Numbered from the stretch's first letter, positions 1 to 9,095 are shown. The stretch: DNA of 18,265 nt from an uncultured archaeon (GCA_964388035.1 CAYLZE010000105.1:1-18265), one strand, 5' to 3'. Program-made: numbers and translations. The notes: generated by a model not told the origin, from the letters alone.

Positions 1-251
1 TCTTTCCGACAAATCTCAAGGTGATAGAGAGGGATTTTTTGTCGACCTTTCCTGAAAGATTTCTATTTTTGATTCATTATTTAATTTTTAAAATACATTC
101 AATTAATTATCTTATATATTTAGAATTGGTTTAAAAGTTAATCAAGGAATATTTGAGCAATTGAAAATATGGAAAAATAAATAAATGTTAAAGTTCTTTT
201 TTATTAAGTGTAATTAAAGCATTAAAAAAGGAGTGTTAAATCTTAAATATA

Positions 252-545
252 ATGATCTCTCAATTACCTGATGATATGGATAAAAACATTGAAGAAATAG
301 CGAAAATAGAAAAACTAGACAAATCAAGCGTGATAAAGAGATTTCTAAATAAAGGAATAGTACAATGGAAAGAGGAATTTGCATTAAAAATGTATCAAGA
401 GGGTAAATTTTCTTTAGGAAAAGCAGCTCAAGGAGCTTCAATGACTATTTGGACATTTTTAGATAAATTAGCGGAAAAAAGAATATCTCTAAATTATAGT
501 ATTGAAGATCTTAAAAATGATATAGAGACTATTGATAAATTATGA
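252..545 (+). CDS. UPF0175 family antitoxin (N-terminal RHH-like segment plus C-terminal HTH)
   Basis: 97 aa with the UPF0175 pattern ALKMYQEGKFSLGKAAQGASMTIWTFLDKLAEKRISLNYSIEDLKNDIE. Its TGA overlaps the ATG of the downstream PIN gene (ATGA 542-545). Confidence 0.85.
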   Translation: MISQLPDDMDKNIEEIAKIEKLDKSSVIKRFLNKGIVQWKEEFALKMYQEGKFSLGKAAQGASMTIWTFLDKLAEKRISLNYSIEDLKNDIETIDKL

Positions 546-1036
546 GTGAATTCACATTCATCTCTAATCGTTCCCCATTAATTGCATTTTTAAAAAAACG
601 TGAAATTAGTTTACTTAAAGTCCTTTTTAGAGAAATATGTATTCCATAAGCAGCTTTTGAAGAGTTAAATATTGAATCATCTCATTTAGAGGATATAAAA
701 ATATTGAATGAAGCCATAGAAAAAAGATGGATTAAAGTTAAAAAATTAAAACAATATAAAATATCAGACTTAAATCTTGGAAAAGGAGAAAGAGAAGCTA
801 TAAATTTACGCTTTGAATTTGATAATGCTTCTTTATTAATTGATGAGAAAAAAGGCCGTTTTATCGCAAAGACTTTCGATATTCCCGTTTTAGGTACACT
901 TGGGATCTTATTATTATCTAAATAAAGAGGTATGAAAAATACAAGTAATTTATTTGAAAATCTTGACCTATTGATAAATAAGAATTTTTACCTTTCAAGT
1001 GAATTAATAACGAGATTTTCAAAAGATATTAATTGA
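542..1036 (+). pseudogene. DUF3368 family PIN-domain toxin disrupted by two in-frame TAA stops
   Basis: Manual translation from ATG 542 in one frame: MSEFTFISNRSPLIAFLKKREISLLKVLFREICIP*AAFEEL...LGKGEREAINL...LLIDEKKGRFIAKTFDIPVLGTLGILLLSK*RGMKN...NKNFYLSSELITRFSKDIN*. Internal TAA at 647-649 and 923-925, final TGA 1034-1036. Track ORF 704..925 is only the middle piece. DUF3368 is the usual UPF0175 partner. Confidence 0.85.
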
Positions 1037-1232
1037 ATAATAAAATGAGATTTATTACTATTCCTTATCAAAATCGACAAAAACAAATTTTATTATAAAG
1101 GAGAGTAAAAATTCAGCATTATAGTATAATAACTCTTATGGAATATTTCTCATTTTAATACTAAAAATTAAATATAAAATTTAGTACTAAGAATTTGGAA
1201 AGATTTTTATTAAATTTCTTGTTAAAATAATT

Positions 1233-3062
1233 ATGGTAAAAGAAGCACATTTGGAAAATTTCAATATCATTGATAGAAGAGAGTTTTTCAAGCGTTATCG
1301 AAAATGGCTCGCGAAACATAATGATACCATTCAAGAACTTCAAAAGATTCCTGAAGAAAATAAGTTATCATGGGGACTGCTAATGGAGCAAAATGCAGAA
1401 AAATATGCGGATGAATTGGCATTAAAATTTGAAGATATGACACAGACATATAAGGAATTCAACGAATCGATAAATCAATATGCTCATTATTTTCAGAAAA
1501 TTGGAATCAAGAAGGGAGATACTATCCAAGTTATTGTAAAAAATAGTCCCGAATTCCTTTACATCTTTACAGCTGCGGGAAAGATAGGTGCTATTGTATC
1601 ATTAATAAATACGGATATCAGAGGAAAAACTCTCGTGCATAGTTTGAATATAACGCCGGGGAATTATACTATCATTGATGAGGGATGCTGTAATAATTAC
1701 CTGCAAATTCAGCCTCAAGTCAATTTATCTTCCAATCATCTTAACATGTTTTTAGCAGATAAAAATGAAATTCCAGTTCCGCAAAAATATGATAACTTGC
1801 TTGAACAAGTAAAAAACATGCCCAAATCCAATCCCTCCACAACATCAACTATCAAAACTAATGATCCATTAGCTTTTATCTTTACCTCTGGCACGACAGG
1901 CTTATCAAAAGCATCCGTATTAATTCATTATCGCATGATTGGTGGTGCTTATTATCATGGTAGAAGCGTTTTAGAAACAACCCCCCAAGATACTGTTTAC
2001 GTTCCTCTTCCCTTCTTCCATACCAATGCAACTACCTCCGGTTGGGCTCCAGCTGTAGGAGGTGGAGCTTGCTTAGCCATGGCACGGAAATTTAGCGTGA
2101 GTCAATTTTGGAATGATATTCGAAAACATGATGCTACGATATTTACTTACGTAGGAGAAGTGTTACGTTATTTATATAATCAACCACCCTCTCCTGATGA
2201 TAGAAATCATAAAGTGAGGGCTATCTTAGGAAATGGTCTTCGCCCAGAGATTTGGAAACAATTTAAAGAGCGATTTGGAATCGAGAAAATTTATGAATTT
2301 TACGGGGCATCAGAAACTTCGACAATCTTTATCAATATTATGAATTTTGATAATACGTGTGGATTCTGCGGAGAATCGTATGCCGTGGCCAAATATAACA
2401 TCGAGAAAGACGAGCCCGTTAAAGATGAGAATAATTTCTATATAAAAGTTCAACCTGGAGATGTGGGATTGCTCCTTTTTGAAAAGAAAGCAGAAAGAAC
2501 CTTTGTTGGCTATACTAATAAAGATGCTACAAACAGGAAGCTATTAAGAGATGTATTCAAGGACGGGGATGTATGGTTTAATACTGGAGATTTAGTCAGG
2601 GATCAAGGAAATTTCCATATACAATTTATAGACAGATTAGGTGATACATTTCGCTGGAAAGGAAATAATGTATCTACCACGGAGATTGAAGAAGTCATAA
2701 ATAAATTCAAAGAAGTTCGTTTGTCCTGCGTGTATGGGGTCAAGGTTCCTCACACAGACGGACGTGCAGGTATGGCTACGATTGTTCCAGAAATCTCTTT
2801 AGAAGAATTCAATTTAAAGAAATTTACCGATTATTTAAAAGAGAATTTGACTTCATATGCAATCCCCCTATTTTTGCGGTTTAAAACAGATATCGAAACC
2901 ACTTCTACTTACAAGTTCAAAAAGTCAACTCTAAAAGAAGATGGGTTTGAGCCAAAAAATTCGGAAGATCAAATCTATATCCTCATCCCTGGAAATGCAA
3001 AATTCGAACTAATAACAACTAAAATTAAGGAAAAACTCCATGAAAATGAATATAGATTCTAA
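1233..3062 (+). CDS. Long/very-long-chain fatty acyl-CoA synthetase, FATP/FadD6-like subfamily
   Basis: AMP-binding motif FIFTSGTTGLSK plus FATP-subfamily motifs YVGEVLRYL, GNGLR, EFYGASE, DRLGDTFRWKGNNVSTTEIE and GRAGMA. Confidence 0.92.
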   Translation: MVKEAHLENFNIIDRREFFKRYRKWLAKHNDTIQELQKIPEENKLSWGLLMEQNAEKYADELALKFEDMTQTYKEFNESINQYAHYFQKIGIKKGDTIQVIVKNSPEFLYIFTAAGKIGAIVSLINTDIRGKTLVHSLNITPGNYTIIDEGCCNNYLQIQPQVNLSSNHLNMFLADKNEIPVPQKYDNLLEQVKNMPKSNPSTTSTIKTNDPLAFIFTSGTTGLSKASVLIHYRMIGGAYYHGRSVLETTPQDTVYVPLPFFHTNATTSGWAPAVGGGACLAMARKFSVSQFWNDIRKHDATIFTYVGEVLRYLYNQPPSPDDRNHKVRAILGNGLRPEIWKQFKERFGIEKIYEFYGASETSTIFINIMNFDNTCGFCGESYAVAKYNIEKDEPVKDENNFYIKVQPGDVGLLLFEKKAERTFVGYTNKDATNRKLLRDVFKDGDVWFNTGDLVRDQGNFHIQFIDRLGDTFRWKGNNVSTTEIEEVINKFKEVRLSCVYGVKVPHTDGRAGMATIVPEISLEEFNLKKFTDYLKENLTSYAIPLFLRFKTDIETTSTYKFKKSTLKEDGFEPKNSEDQIYILIPGNAKFELITTKIKEKLHENEYRF

Positions 3063-3233
3063 TAACAATGTTAAAAATTAATTATTAAATTTCCTCAAAC
3101 CAGAATAACTCTAAAACGTTTATTTCCTTCTTTCTTATAGGTTTTTCATTTCTTTCTGAAATAAATTATTATCGGAGATTTATTGAATGCAAGATGCCTA
3201 TGTTCTAAAATTTATTTCCATTGAGAAATGAAA

Positions 3234-4082
3234 TTACCATTTATCATAGATCGGTTTTCTTTTTTCTAATACGGAAAAGATTCCTTCAAATGCATCTTTG
3301 GTATTTAAGCAAACGACTTGAGTTTTATTTTCTAATTTAATGGCTGCCTCAAGAGAAGGGGCATCAATATTCATGTTTAATGCATCCTTCGTGAATCTCA
3401 CTCCCATCGGACTTTTATTTAATATTTCCTTAGCCACTTTGAGAGCCTCAATAAGAACCTCATCATCAGCCACTACTTTTGAAACCAATCCTATTCGATC
3501 CGCTTCTTTTGCATCAATTATTCTACCCGTGTACATAAATTCTGCGGCTCTAGAAAAACCTATTAAGCGTGGAATCCAATAGGAGCTCCCACAATCTGCT
3601 CCCGAGACTCCAATATTAATAAATTGATTACAAAACTCTGCACTCTCTCCCGCTATGCGTATGTCGGCTCCAAGAGCAAAGGACAATCCTCCTCCATATG
3701 CAACTCCTTTTATTGCTGCAATAACAGGTTGTGGGATTTTTCTGAGCAAGATCATTACTTGACCTAACATTTTTTGGATAATTATTAGGCGCTTAGTTTT
3801 ATCATCCGTGAGTAGAAATTCATGTTTCTGAAATTGTTCTGGAATTTTCTTACTATTTACAATTTGCCCATCCTTTAAATCTGTACCCGATGAGAATGCA
3901 CGACCTTCCCCAGTTAAGATGACAACTCGTATCTCATAACTATTTTCTATATGATTCAGATAATCATGCATCTCCTCAACTAATTCGTAATTCATAGCAT
4001 TTAATCTTTCTGGTCTATTAAAAGAAATGATTGAGATTCCATCTTCTCTCTCTTCGATTTTTAAAGTGTTATATTCTTTCAT
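3234..4082 (-). CDS. Enoyl-CoA hydratase/isomerase (crotonase superfamily)
   Basis: FNRPERLNAM, GEGRAFSSGTDL, PQPVIAAIKGVAYGGG, ADIRIA, IDAKEADRIGLVSKVV, DAFEGIFSVLEKRKP. Confidence 0.92.
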   Translation of the reverse strand: MKEYNTLKIEEREDGISIISFNRPERLNAMNYELVEEMHDYLNHIENSYEIRVVILTGEGRAFSSGTDLKDGQIVNSKKIPEQFQKHEFLLTDDKTKRLIIIQKMLGQVMILLRKIPQPVIAAIKGVAYGGGLSFALGADIRIAGESAEFCNQFINIGVSGADCGSSYWIPRLIGFSRAAEFMYTGRIIDAKEADRIGLVSKVVADDEVLIEALKVAKEILNKSPMGVRFTKDALNMNIDAPSLEAAIKLENKTQVVCLNTKDAFEGIFSVLEKRKPIYDKW

Positions 4083-4479
4083 TTATATCCTTAGAAATTT
4101 TAATTTTAATCTTCCAATTTTTCATGTTAATTTATATTTTACCATCCCTATTTAAAAAAATTAGGTTTTTTATTTTCATGGATTACGAGAAAAAACCAAA
4201 CTTTTTAGCCTTATCCCCAAATAATTCAGTCAATATTATTAAACACTTAGAAATAATTGATAATAATAATGTTTCGAATAATTTAAATTAAAATTTCATT
4301 AATAATCTTTATTATACTTATCAATCTCACATTCAATAATCAATCTCTAATATATTTCTACTAATTATTCTACAAGGGTTTAAAAAAGATTTCCAAGGTA
4401 ATAATTTACTTAAGTAATTTTATTATAGATTCCATCTTCATTACAATTTGAGAAATTATAAATAAAATAAATAAAAAAC

Positions 4480-4692
4480 ATGATTTTTATGACTACTTCT
4501 ATACAAATTACTGAGAATACATTGGAAAAATTAAAAAAATTAAAGGATGAAATGAAAATCTCCTCATATGATGATCTTATCAATGCTTTAATTAATAAAG
4601 CTCAAATAACACGAGAATCAATGTTCGGAATCGATAAAGGAAAACTAAAAAGATTTTCAGAAGAGGATAGAATTGACTTCAGAGAATATTGA
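4480..4692 (+). CDS. VapB-like antitoxin (small archaeal-type DNA-binding protein)
   Basis: 70 aa TTSIQITENTLEKLKKLKDEMKISSYDDLINALI...SMFG, overlapping the start of a PIN gene. The true start may be the second ATG (4489). Confidence 0.75.
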   Translation: MIFMTTSIQITENTLEKLKKLKDEMKISSYDDLINALINKAQITRESMFGIDKGKLKRFSEEDRIDFREY

Positions 4693-5074
4693 GTATTTAT
4701 TTGATACGTATGCTTGGATTGAATATTTCCTTGGAAGTAATCAAGGCAACATAGTTAACAGTCTTTTAGAATCACACAACATTTATACATCAATAATTTC
4801 TATCGCTGAATTGGCTGATAAATATGTTAGAGAAGGATTAGAAGACGAATGGGAAGCTCGTCTTAAATTTATAATTAATAAATCTAATATATTATATTTA
4901 TCTTTAGAAATTGCAAGAAATGCTGGGTCAAGAAAATGGAAATTGCGTGAAGAAAATAAGGAAATTGGACTTACAGATGCCATCAAAATAGAAACTGGAA
5001 TTTAAAAGGGTCTCATAATCGTTTCAGGTGATTCTCATTTTGAAAATTTAAAAAATGTATTATTTCTGAAGTAG
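4673..5074 (+). pseudogene. vapC: VapC PIN-domain toxin with a premature in-frame TAA
   Basis: YLFDTYAWIEYF, ISIAEL and IGLTDAI motifs. After TAA 5003-5005 the same frame continues KGLIIVSGDSHFENLKNVLFLK to TAG 5072-5074, so the conserved (T/S)GDxHF motif is cut off. Confidence 0.85.
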
Positions 5075-5377
5075 ATTGCTCGATTTTATCAAGATCACTT
5101 GTCAAGAAGTTTAAGAAGACCTTAAAACTACATCCCGAACATTTTAAGGTTCAAGACCAGAATTTAGTGCTTCATAATGAAGGCATTTAATGAAAATTTG
5201 GATGATAGGTACATGATAAATTAAAAATTATTTTAAACAGATCCAATTAATGAATTTAATTTTTCTAGGAATCTAGCGACAATATGAACTTATCAAATAT
5301 TAAATCAAATTTTTTTAGAGGGGGTTAATTGTTATTTACTTGAAATATCCCATTAATACACACGGGTGAATTAAAAT

Positions 5378-7444
5378 ATGACTGAAACTTCAGCAGAATA
5401 TGAATTTCTTGCAGAGATTAAAAAGTTATTGAATATCCTAAGCAAGTCGCTCTATACTCATAAAGAAATATTCCTAAGAGAATTAATAAGCAACGCCGTG
5501 GATGCTCTTAAAAAAATTAAATTCGTTCTTCTTACAAACAGAGACGTCAACGATCCCGATTTAGAGTTATTTGTAGAGATCATAATAGATTCCGAAGATA
5601 AAAAGATTACTGTACGGGATACAGGAATTGGCATGACTAAAAACGAGTTGATCAACGATTTGGGAACGATTGCGGGAAGCGGAACTGAAAAATTCGTAGA
5701 ACAAGTGCAAAAAATGAAATCCGAGGGTAAAACGGAAGTAGATCTCGATATCGTGGGTCAATTCGGAATAGGATTTTACAGCCTTTTTATGGTAGCCGAT
5801 AGGGTAAAAGTAATCACAAAATCTTATAAAAAAGACGAAAGTGCTTATTCTTGGGAGTCTGATGGAACGGGTAAATTCACAATTAATCCTATTGAAAAAG
5901 AAACCAGAGGGACCGATGTTATTCTTTACATGAAAGAAGACGAAAAAGAATATCTCAACCAATTACGATTAGAAAGAATTATTAAGAAGTATTCAAATTT
6001 CGTCTCGTTTCCAATATACATCATTGAGAAAAAAAAAATAGAACCTATAAAAGAAGGCGAAGAAGAAAAGGGAGAGAAAAAAGATGAAGCAGAAAGAGCA
6101 GAAGAAAAAAAAGAGGAACAAGAGATTAAAAGGGAACCGGTAAATCAAATTGAACCTATATGGAAAAAAATGGAAAAGGACGTAACTGAAGAGGAGTATA
6201 AAAACTTTTACAACTATGTGTCAAAAAGATACGATGAGTACCTTCACGTCATTAATTATAGCGTGGAAGGAACAGTTCGATTTCATTCACTTCTTTTTAT
6301 TCCCGAAACCTCAACCAGGGACTTATTTATACCTGAAACAGAATATGGGCTTTCACTTTATTCGAGAAAGGTCCTTATCATGGAAAATTGCGACGAATTG
6401 ATTCCTAAATGGATGCGTTTTGTAAAAGGTGTGGTAGAATCTGACGATATCCCTCTTAATATTTCAAGGGAAACCATCCAAGCTAATCGAACCATTTTGA
6501 AAATGCGTGATTTATTAGTAAAGAAATTTCTGAGGGAACTGATTGATTTATCTGAAAAAGAAGGCGATAAGTACAAAAAGTTTTGGAAAGAGTTTGGCGA
6601 TTTTATCAAGGAGGGAATTATTTCCGACCCTGTTAGACAAGAACGATTGAAAAAACTGCTCCGCTTCAAGACTAATAAAACTGCTAAAGATGAGGCAATC
6701 GGACTAAAAGAGTATATCTCAAGGATGAAAGAGGGTCAATCAGATATATATTATCTTGTTGGAGAGAATTTGGAGGTCTTAAAAGTATCCCCCCATCTCG
6801 GCTATTACGAGAAAAAAGACTTGGAAGTAATTCTTTTTGATAAACCGCTGGATAACTTCTTAATGATGAACTTAAACGATCATACCGTAACGGCAGGAGA
6901 AGGAGAGGATAAGAAAATCACGTATTACAAGTTTACTCCCATTGATGTAGCCGAAAAGGATGGAGAAGAAGAAAAAGACGAGAAAAAGGAAAAAAAGAAA
7001 GAAAAGGAGCAACCTAAACCAGTTCAAGATTTTTTGAACCGCGTAAAAGAAATTCTCGGTGAAAAAGTAGTTGATGCTGTAATTTCGGATAAATTATACG
7101 GAAGTCCGTGTCGTTTAGCAAACCCCGCTGGAGGACCCACTACGAGTCAACAAAGAGCTATGCGTTATTGGACCGAAAGCGTTGCGAATAAAGACTTCCA
7201 AATCCCGAAAAAAGTTATTGAATTTAATCCCGAGCATCAAATGGTAAAAAGCTTAATTGATTTGAATGAAAGCGATTCTAAAAGCGAGACCATGAACCTC
7301 GTCATAGAACAAATGTTTGAGAACCTCTTATTAATTGACGGCGATTTACCAGATCCTACTAAGATGGTACCAAGAATCAATAAACTACTGGAGATGCTGC
7401 TGTCAGAAAGCAGTTCCGAAAGGAAGAGTAATGAAAAGCAATAA
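5378..7444 (+). CDS. htpG: Molecular chaperone Hsp90/HtpG
   Basis: KEIFLRELISNAVDAL, DTGIGMT, LGTIAGSGT, VGQFGIGFYS, WESDG, RGTDVIL, KGVVESDDIPLNISRETIQ, IEFNPEH. Confidence 0.97.
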   Translation: MTETSAEYEFLAEIKKLLNILSKSLYTHKEIFLRELISNAVDALKKIKFVLLTNRDVNDPDLELFVEIIIDSEDKKITVRDTGIGMTKNELINDLGTIAGSGTEKFVEQVQKMKSEGKTEVDLDIVGQFGIGFYSLFMVADRVKVITKSYKKDESAYSWESDGTGKFTINPIEKETRGTDVILYMKEDEKEYLNQLRLERIIKKYSNFVSFPIYIIEKKKIEPIKEGEEEKGEKKDEAERAEEKKEEQEIKREPVNQIEPIWKKMEKDVTEEEYKNFYNYVSKRYDEYLHVINYSVEGTVRFHSLLFIPETSTRDLFIPETEYGLSLYSRKVLIMENCDELIPKWMRFVKGVVESDDIPLNISRETIQANRTILKMRDLLVKKFLRELIDLSEKEGDKYKKFWKEFGDFIKEGIISDPVRQERLKKLLRFKTNKTAKDEAIGLKEYISRMKEGQSDIYYLVGENLEVLKVSPHLGYYEKKDLEVILFDKPLDNFLMMNLNDHTVTAGEGEDKKITYYKFTPIDVAEKDGEEEKDEKKEKKKEKEQPKPVQDFLNRVKEILGEKVVDAVISDKLYGSPCRLANPAGGPTTSQQRAMRYWTESVANKDFQIPKKVIEFNPEHQMVKSLIDLNESDSKSETMNLVIEQMFENLLLIDGDLPDPTKMVPRINKLLEMLLSESSSERKSNEKQ

Positions 7445-7484
7445 GAATTCCATATCATTTGCATTTCAAAATAAGGAAATCCGA

Positions 7485-7500
7485 CAATTTTTTTCTTTTC
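7485..7500 (+). terminator. Oligo-T tract, candidate archaeal-type terminator of htpG
   Basis: AATTTTTTTTCTTTTC-like T tract about 40 bp after the htpG stop. Confidence 0.4.
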
Positions 7501-7574
7501 TATATATTAACCTTCCTTAAAAATTTAGATTCTAAAAGATATCAATTATTCATTAAATTCTAATTAATTATTCA

Positions 7575-7860
7575 TTAATTCTTAACAAGAAATTTACATT
7601 TTATTTCTCCGACCATTGATGAGATATTATCTAAGGAATGAAATTTATAACACCCATTTTACGAAAATTCTCCATGATTATTTGAGCATGTTTTTTACCT
7701 TATTCTCAATAAAAATGATTGACTGTTCAATATGATTTAATTCAGTTGAATTAAAATAAGGAATTTTTATAAACTTTAGCGCTAATTCCTCAATAACAGC
7801 TTTATCATTGATTTGATACAAAACCATTACTCTAGTATCAACGATTATTGTTTTTTCACT
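7575..7860 (-). pseudogene. Degenerate PIN-domain (VapC-like) toxin with several frameshifts
   Basis: Minus strand reads SEKTIIVDTRVMVLY...STELNHIE, then in other frames GKKHAQIIMENFRKMGVINFIP and DNISSMVGEIKCKF. It starts directly after the AbrB remnant. No intact start was found and the C-terminal motifs are absent. Confidence 0.55.
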
Positions 7861-8079
7861 TTAATGTTTCTCCAGATTGTCTATGATTTCTTTTTTAATT
7901 TCTAATCTTCGTTCTTTAGAGATTTCATTAATTTTTTTAATTCCAGTTTCTTTATCTAATATACCCTTTATCATTTCTTATGGTATATAAGGTAATATTT
8001 TCATGCCTTCAAGAGGATCGTCTATAATTATTACTTTATCTCCATCCCTCCGATTTCTAATAATTTTTGGGATGGAATT
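7861..8079 (-). pseudogene. AbrB/MazE/SpoVT family antitoxin remnant
   Basis: NSIPKIIRNRRDGDKVIIIDDPLEGMKILPYIP*EMIKGILDKETGIKKINEISKERRLEIKKEIIDNLEKH*. It matches the AbrB IPKxIR...GDKV pattern with the N-terminus missing, and has an internal TAA at 7978-7980. Confidence 0.6.
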
Positions 8080-8081
8080 AA

Positions 8082-9095
8082 TTAACGATACTCGTCTCCA
8101 CAATCTCCAATTATTGCGAATAAATCGTTAGATTTTAAAAGAACTTTATTTATCTGCTCGTGATCTTTATTACTTAACGAAAAATCGAAAACTCTTGCAT
8201 TTTCTTGTATATGAGATGAGATTCCTAAGCGTGCACCAATAATCACTCCTGCCACCATTGGTTTATCCAAGATATACCTAACTGCCAAGTTAGGAATGGA
8301 AACCTTATGAGTTTGAGCAATTTCTTTAAGCTCTGTCAAGAGCTCCTGAAAAAGGATCCAATTCCCCCATCTATCAATCATATTTTTATATTTTTTCAAA
8401 GAGGCAGTGTTTAATTGGTACCATTGCGGTTCTTTCACATTGAGGTATTTCTCAGATAAGAGTCCTCCACACAGCGTTCCATAAGCTAAAAGTTTAATAT
8501 CATATTTTTGACAGAGATCAACCATTTTTCTCTCGGGACGCCTATCAATGAGAGAAAATTGCACTTGGTTCGATAAGAGTTCTACCCCACTTTCTAAAAT
8601 AGTTTGAATATGTCGCGTATCAAAATTCGTAAGGGAAAGATATCGGATTTTTCCTTCTTTTTTTAATTCCTCTAAATATTGAAGTGCTTTTAGGAAATTC
8701 ATATTTTGATAGTCCCACCAATGAAATTGTAACATATCCAGCTTATCCATGCCCATTCGAGTACGAGAAATATCAACTGCCCTTTCAACGATTTTCTTGG
8801 TAATTTTTTGAGGACTAGGAACCCATTTAGTAAAAAATCGAGCTTCCTTTAGAAATTCATTCCTGTTTTCTTTATTTAGCTTTAGTCTAAACATTTTCAC
8901 GAAATCTTCTGCAGGACCGTAATGATCTGCAAGATCCCAAGTAATGAATCCAGCATTCGCATAATCAACCATTTTTCCTACTGCTATTTGGGGATCGATT
9001 TTTCCATGAGCTCCTGAAACTTGCCACATCCCATTCAGTACTCGACAGATTTTTAAATCTGCGGTTAACTTCATATAAGCGTTTTCTCTCAACAT
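8082..9095 (-). CDS. Aldo/keto reductase (group including plant/cyanobacterial RSP5-like AKRs)
   Basis: RVLNGMWQ, DLADHYG (catalytic D and Y), FTKW (K), LQFHWW (H), SLTNFD, NQVQFSLID, LLAYGTLCGG, C-terminal GDCGDEYR. Confidence 0.92.
   Translation of the reverse strand: MLRENAYMKLTADLKICRVLNGMWQVSGAHGKIDPQIAVGKMVDYANAGFITWDLADHYGPAEDFVKMFRLKLNKENRNEFLKEARFFTKWVPSPQKITKKIVERAVDISRTRMGMDKLDMLQFHWWDYQNMNFLKALQYLEELKKEGKIRYLSLTNFDTRHIQTILESGVELLSNQVQFSLIDRRPERKMVDLCQKYDIKLLAYGTLCGGLLSEKYLNVKEPQWYQLNTASLKKYKNMIDRWGNWILFQELLTELKEIAQTHKVSIPNLAVRYILDKPMVAGVIIGARLGISSHIQENARVFDFSLSNKDHEQINKVLLKSNDLFAIIGDCGDEYR

Noticed and set aside
4031-4291. 86-aa ORF overlapping the crotonase start
   Set aside because: Low-complexity AT-rich translation (I/F/L/N) running antisense across the crotonase start and upstream region.
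542-5074. Alternative genetic code with TAA as a sense codon
   Set aside because: The acyl-CoA synthetase, crotonase, htpG, AKR, fucI, regulator and class I/II aminotransferase genes all end in TAA and contain no internal TAA.
6029-6038. A10 run in htpG as a phase-variation or frameshift site
   Set aside because: It is in frame, encodes Lys-rich linker sequence and is expected in an AT-rich genome.
5458-7520. Short ORFs overlapping htpG (5458-5655, 5567-5962, 6216-6401, 6358-6669, 7237-7464, 7335-7520)
   Set aside because: Antisense or alternate-frame shadows of a well-supported gene.
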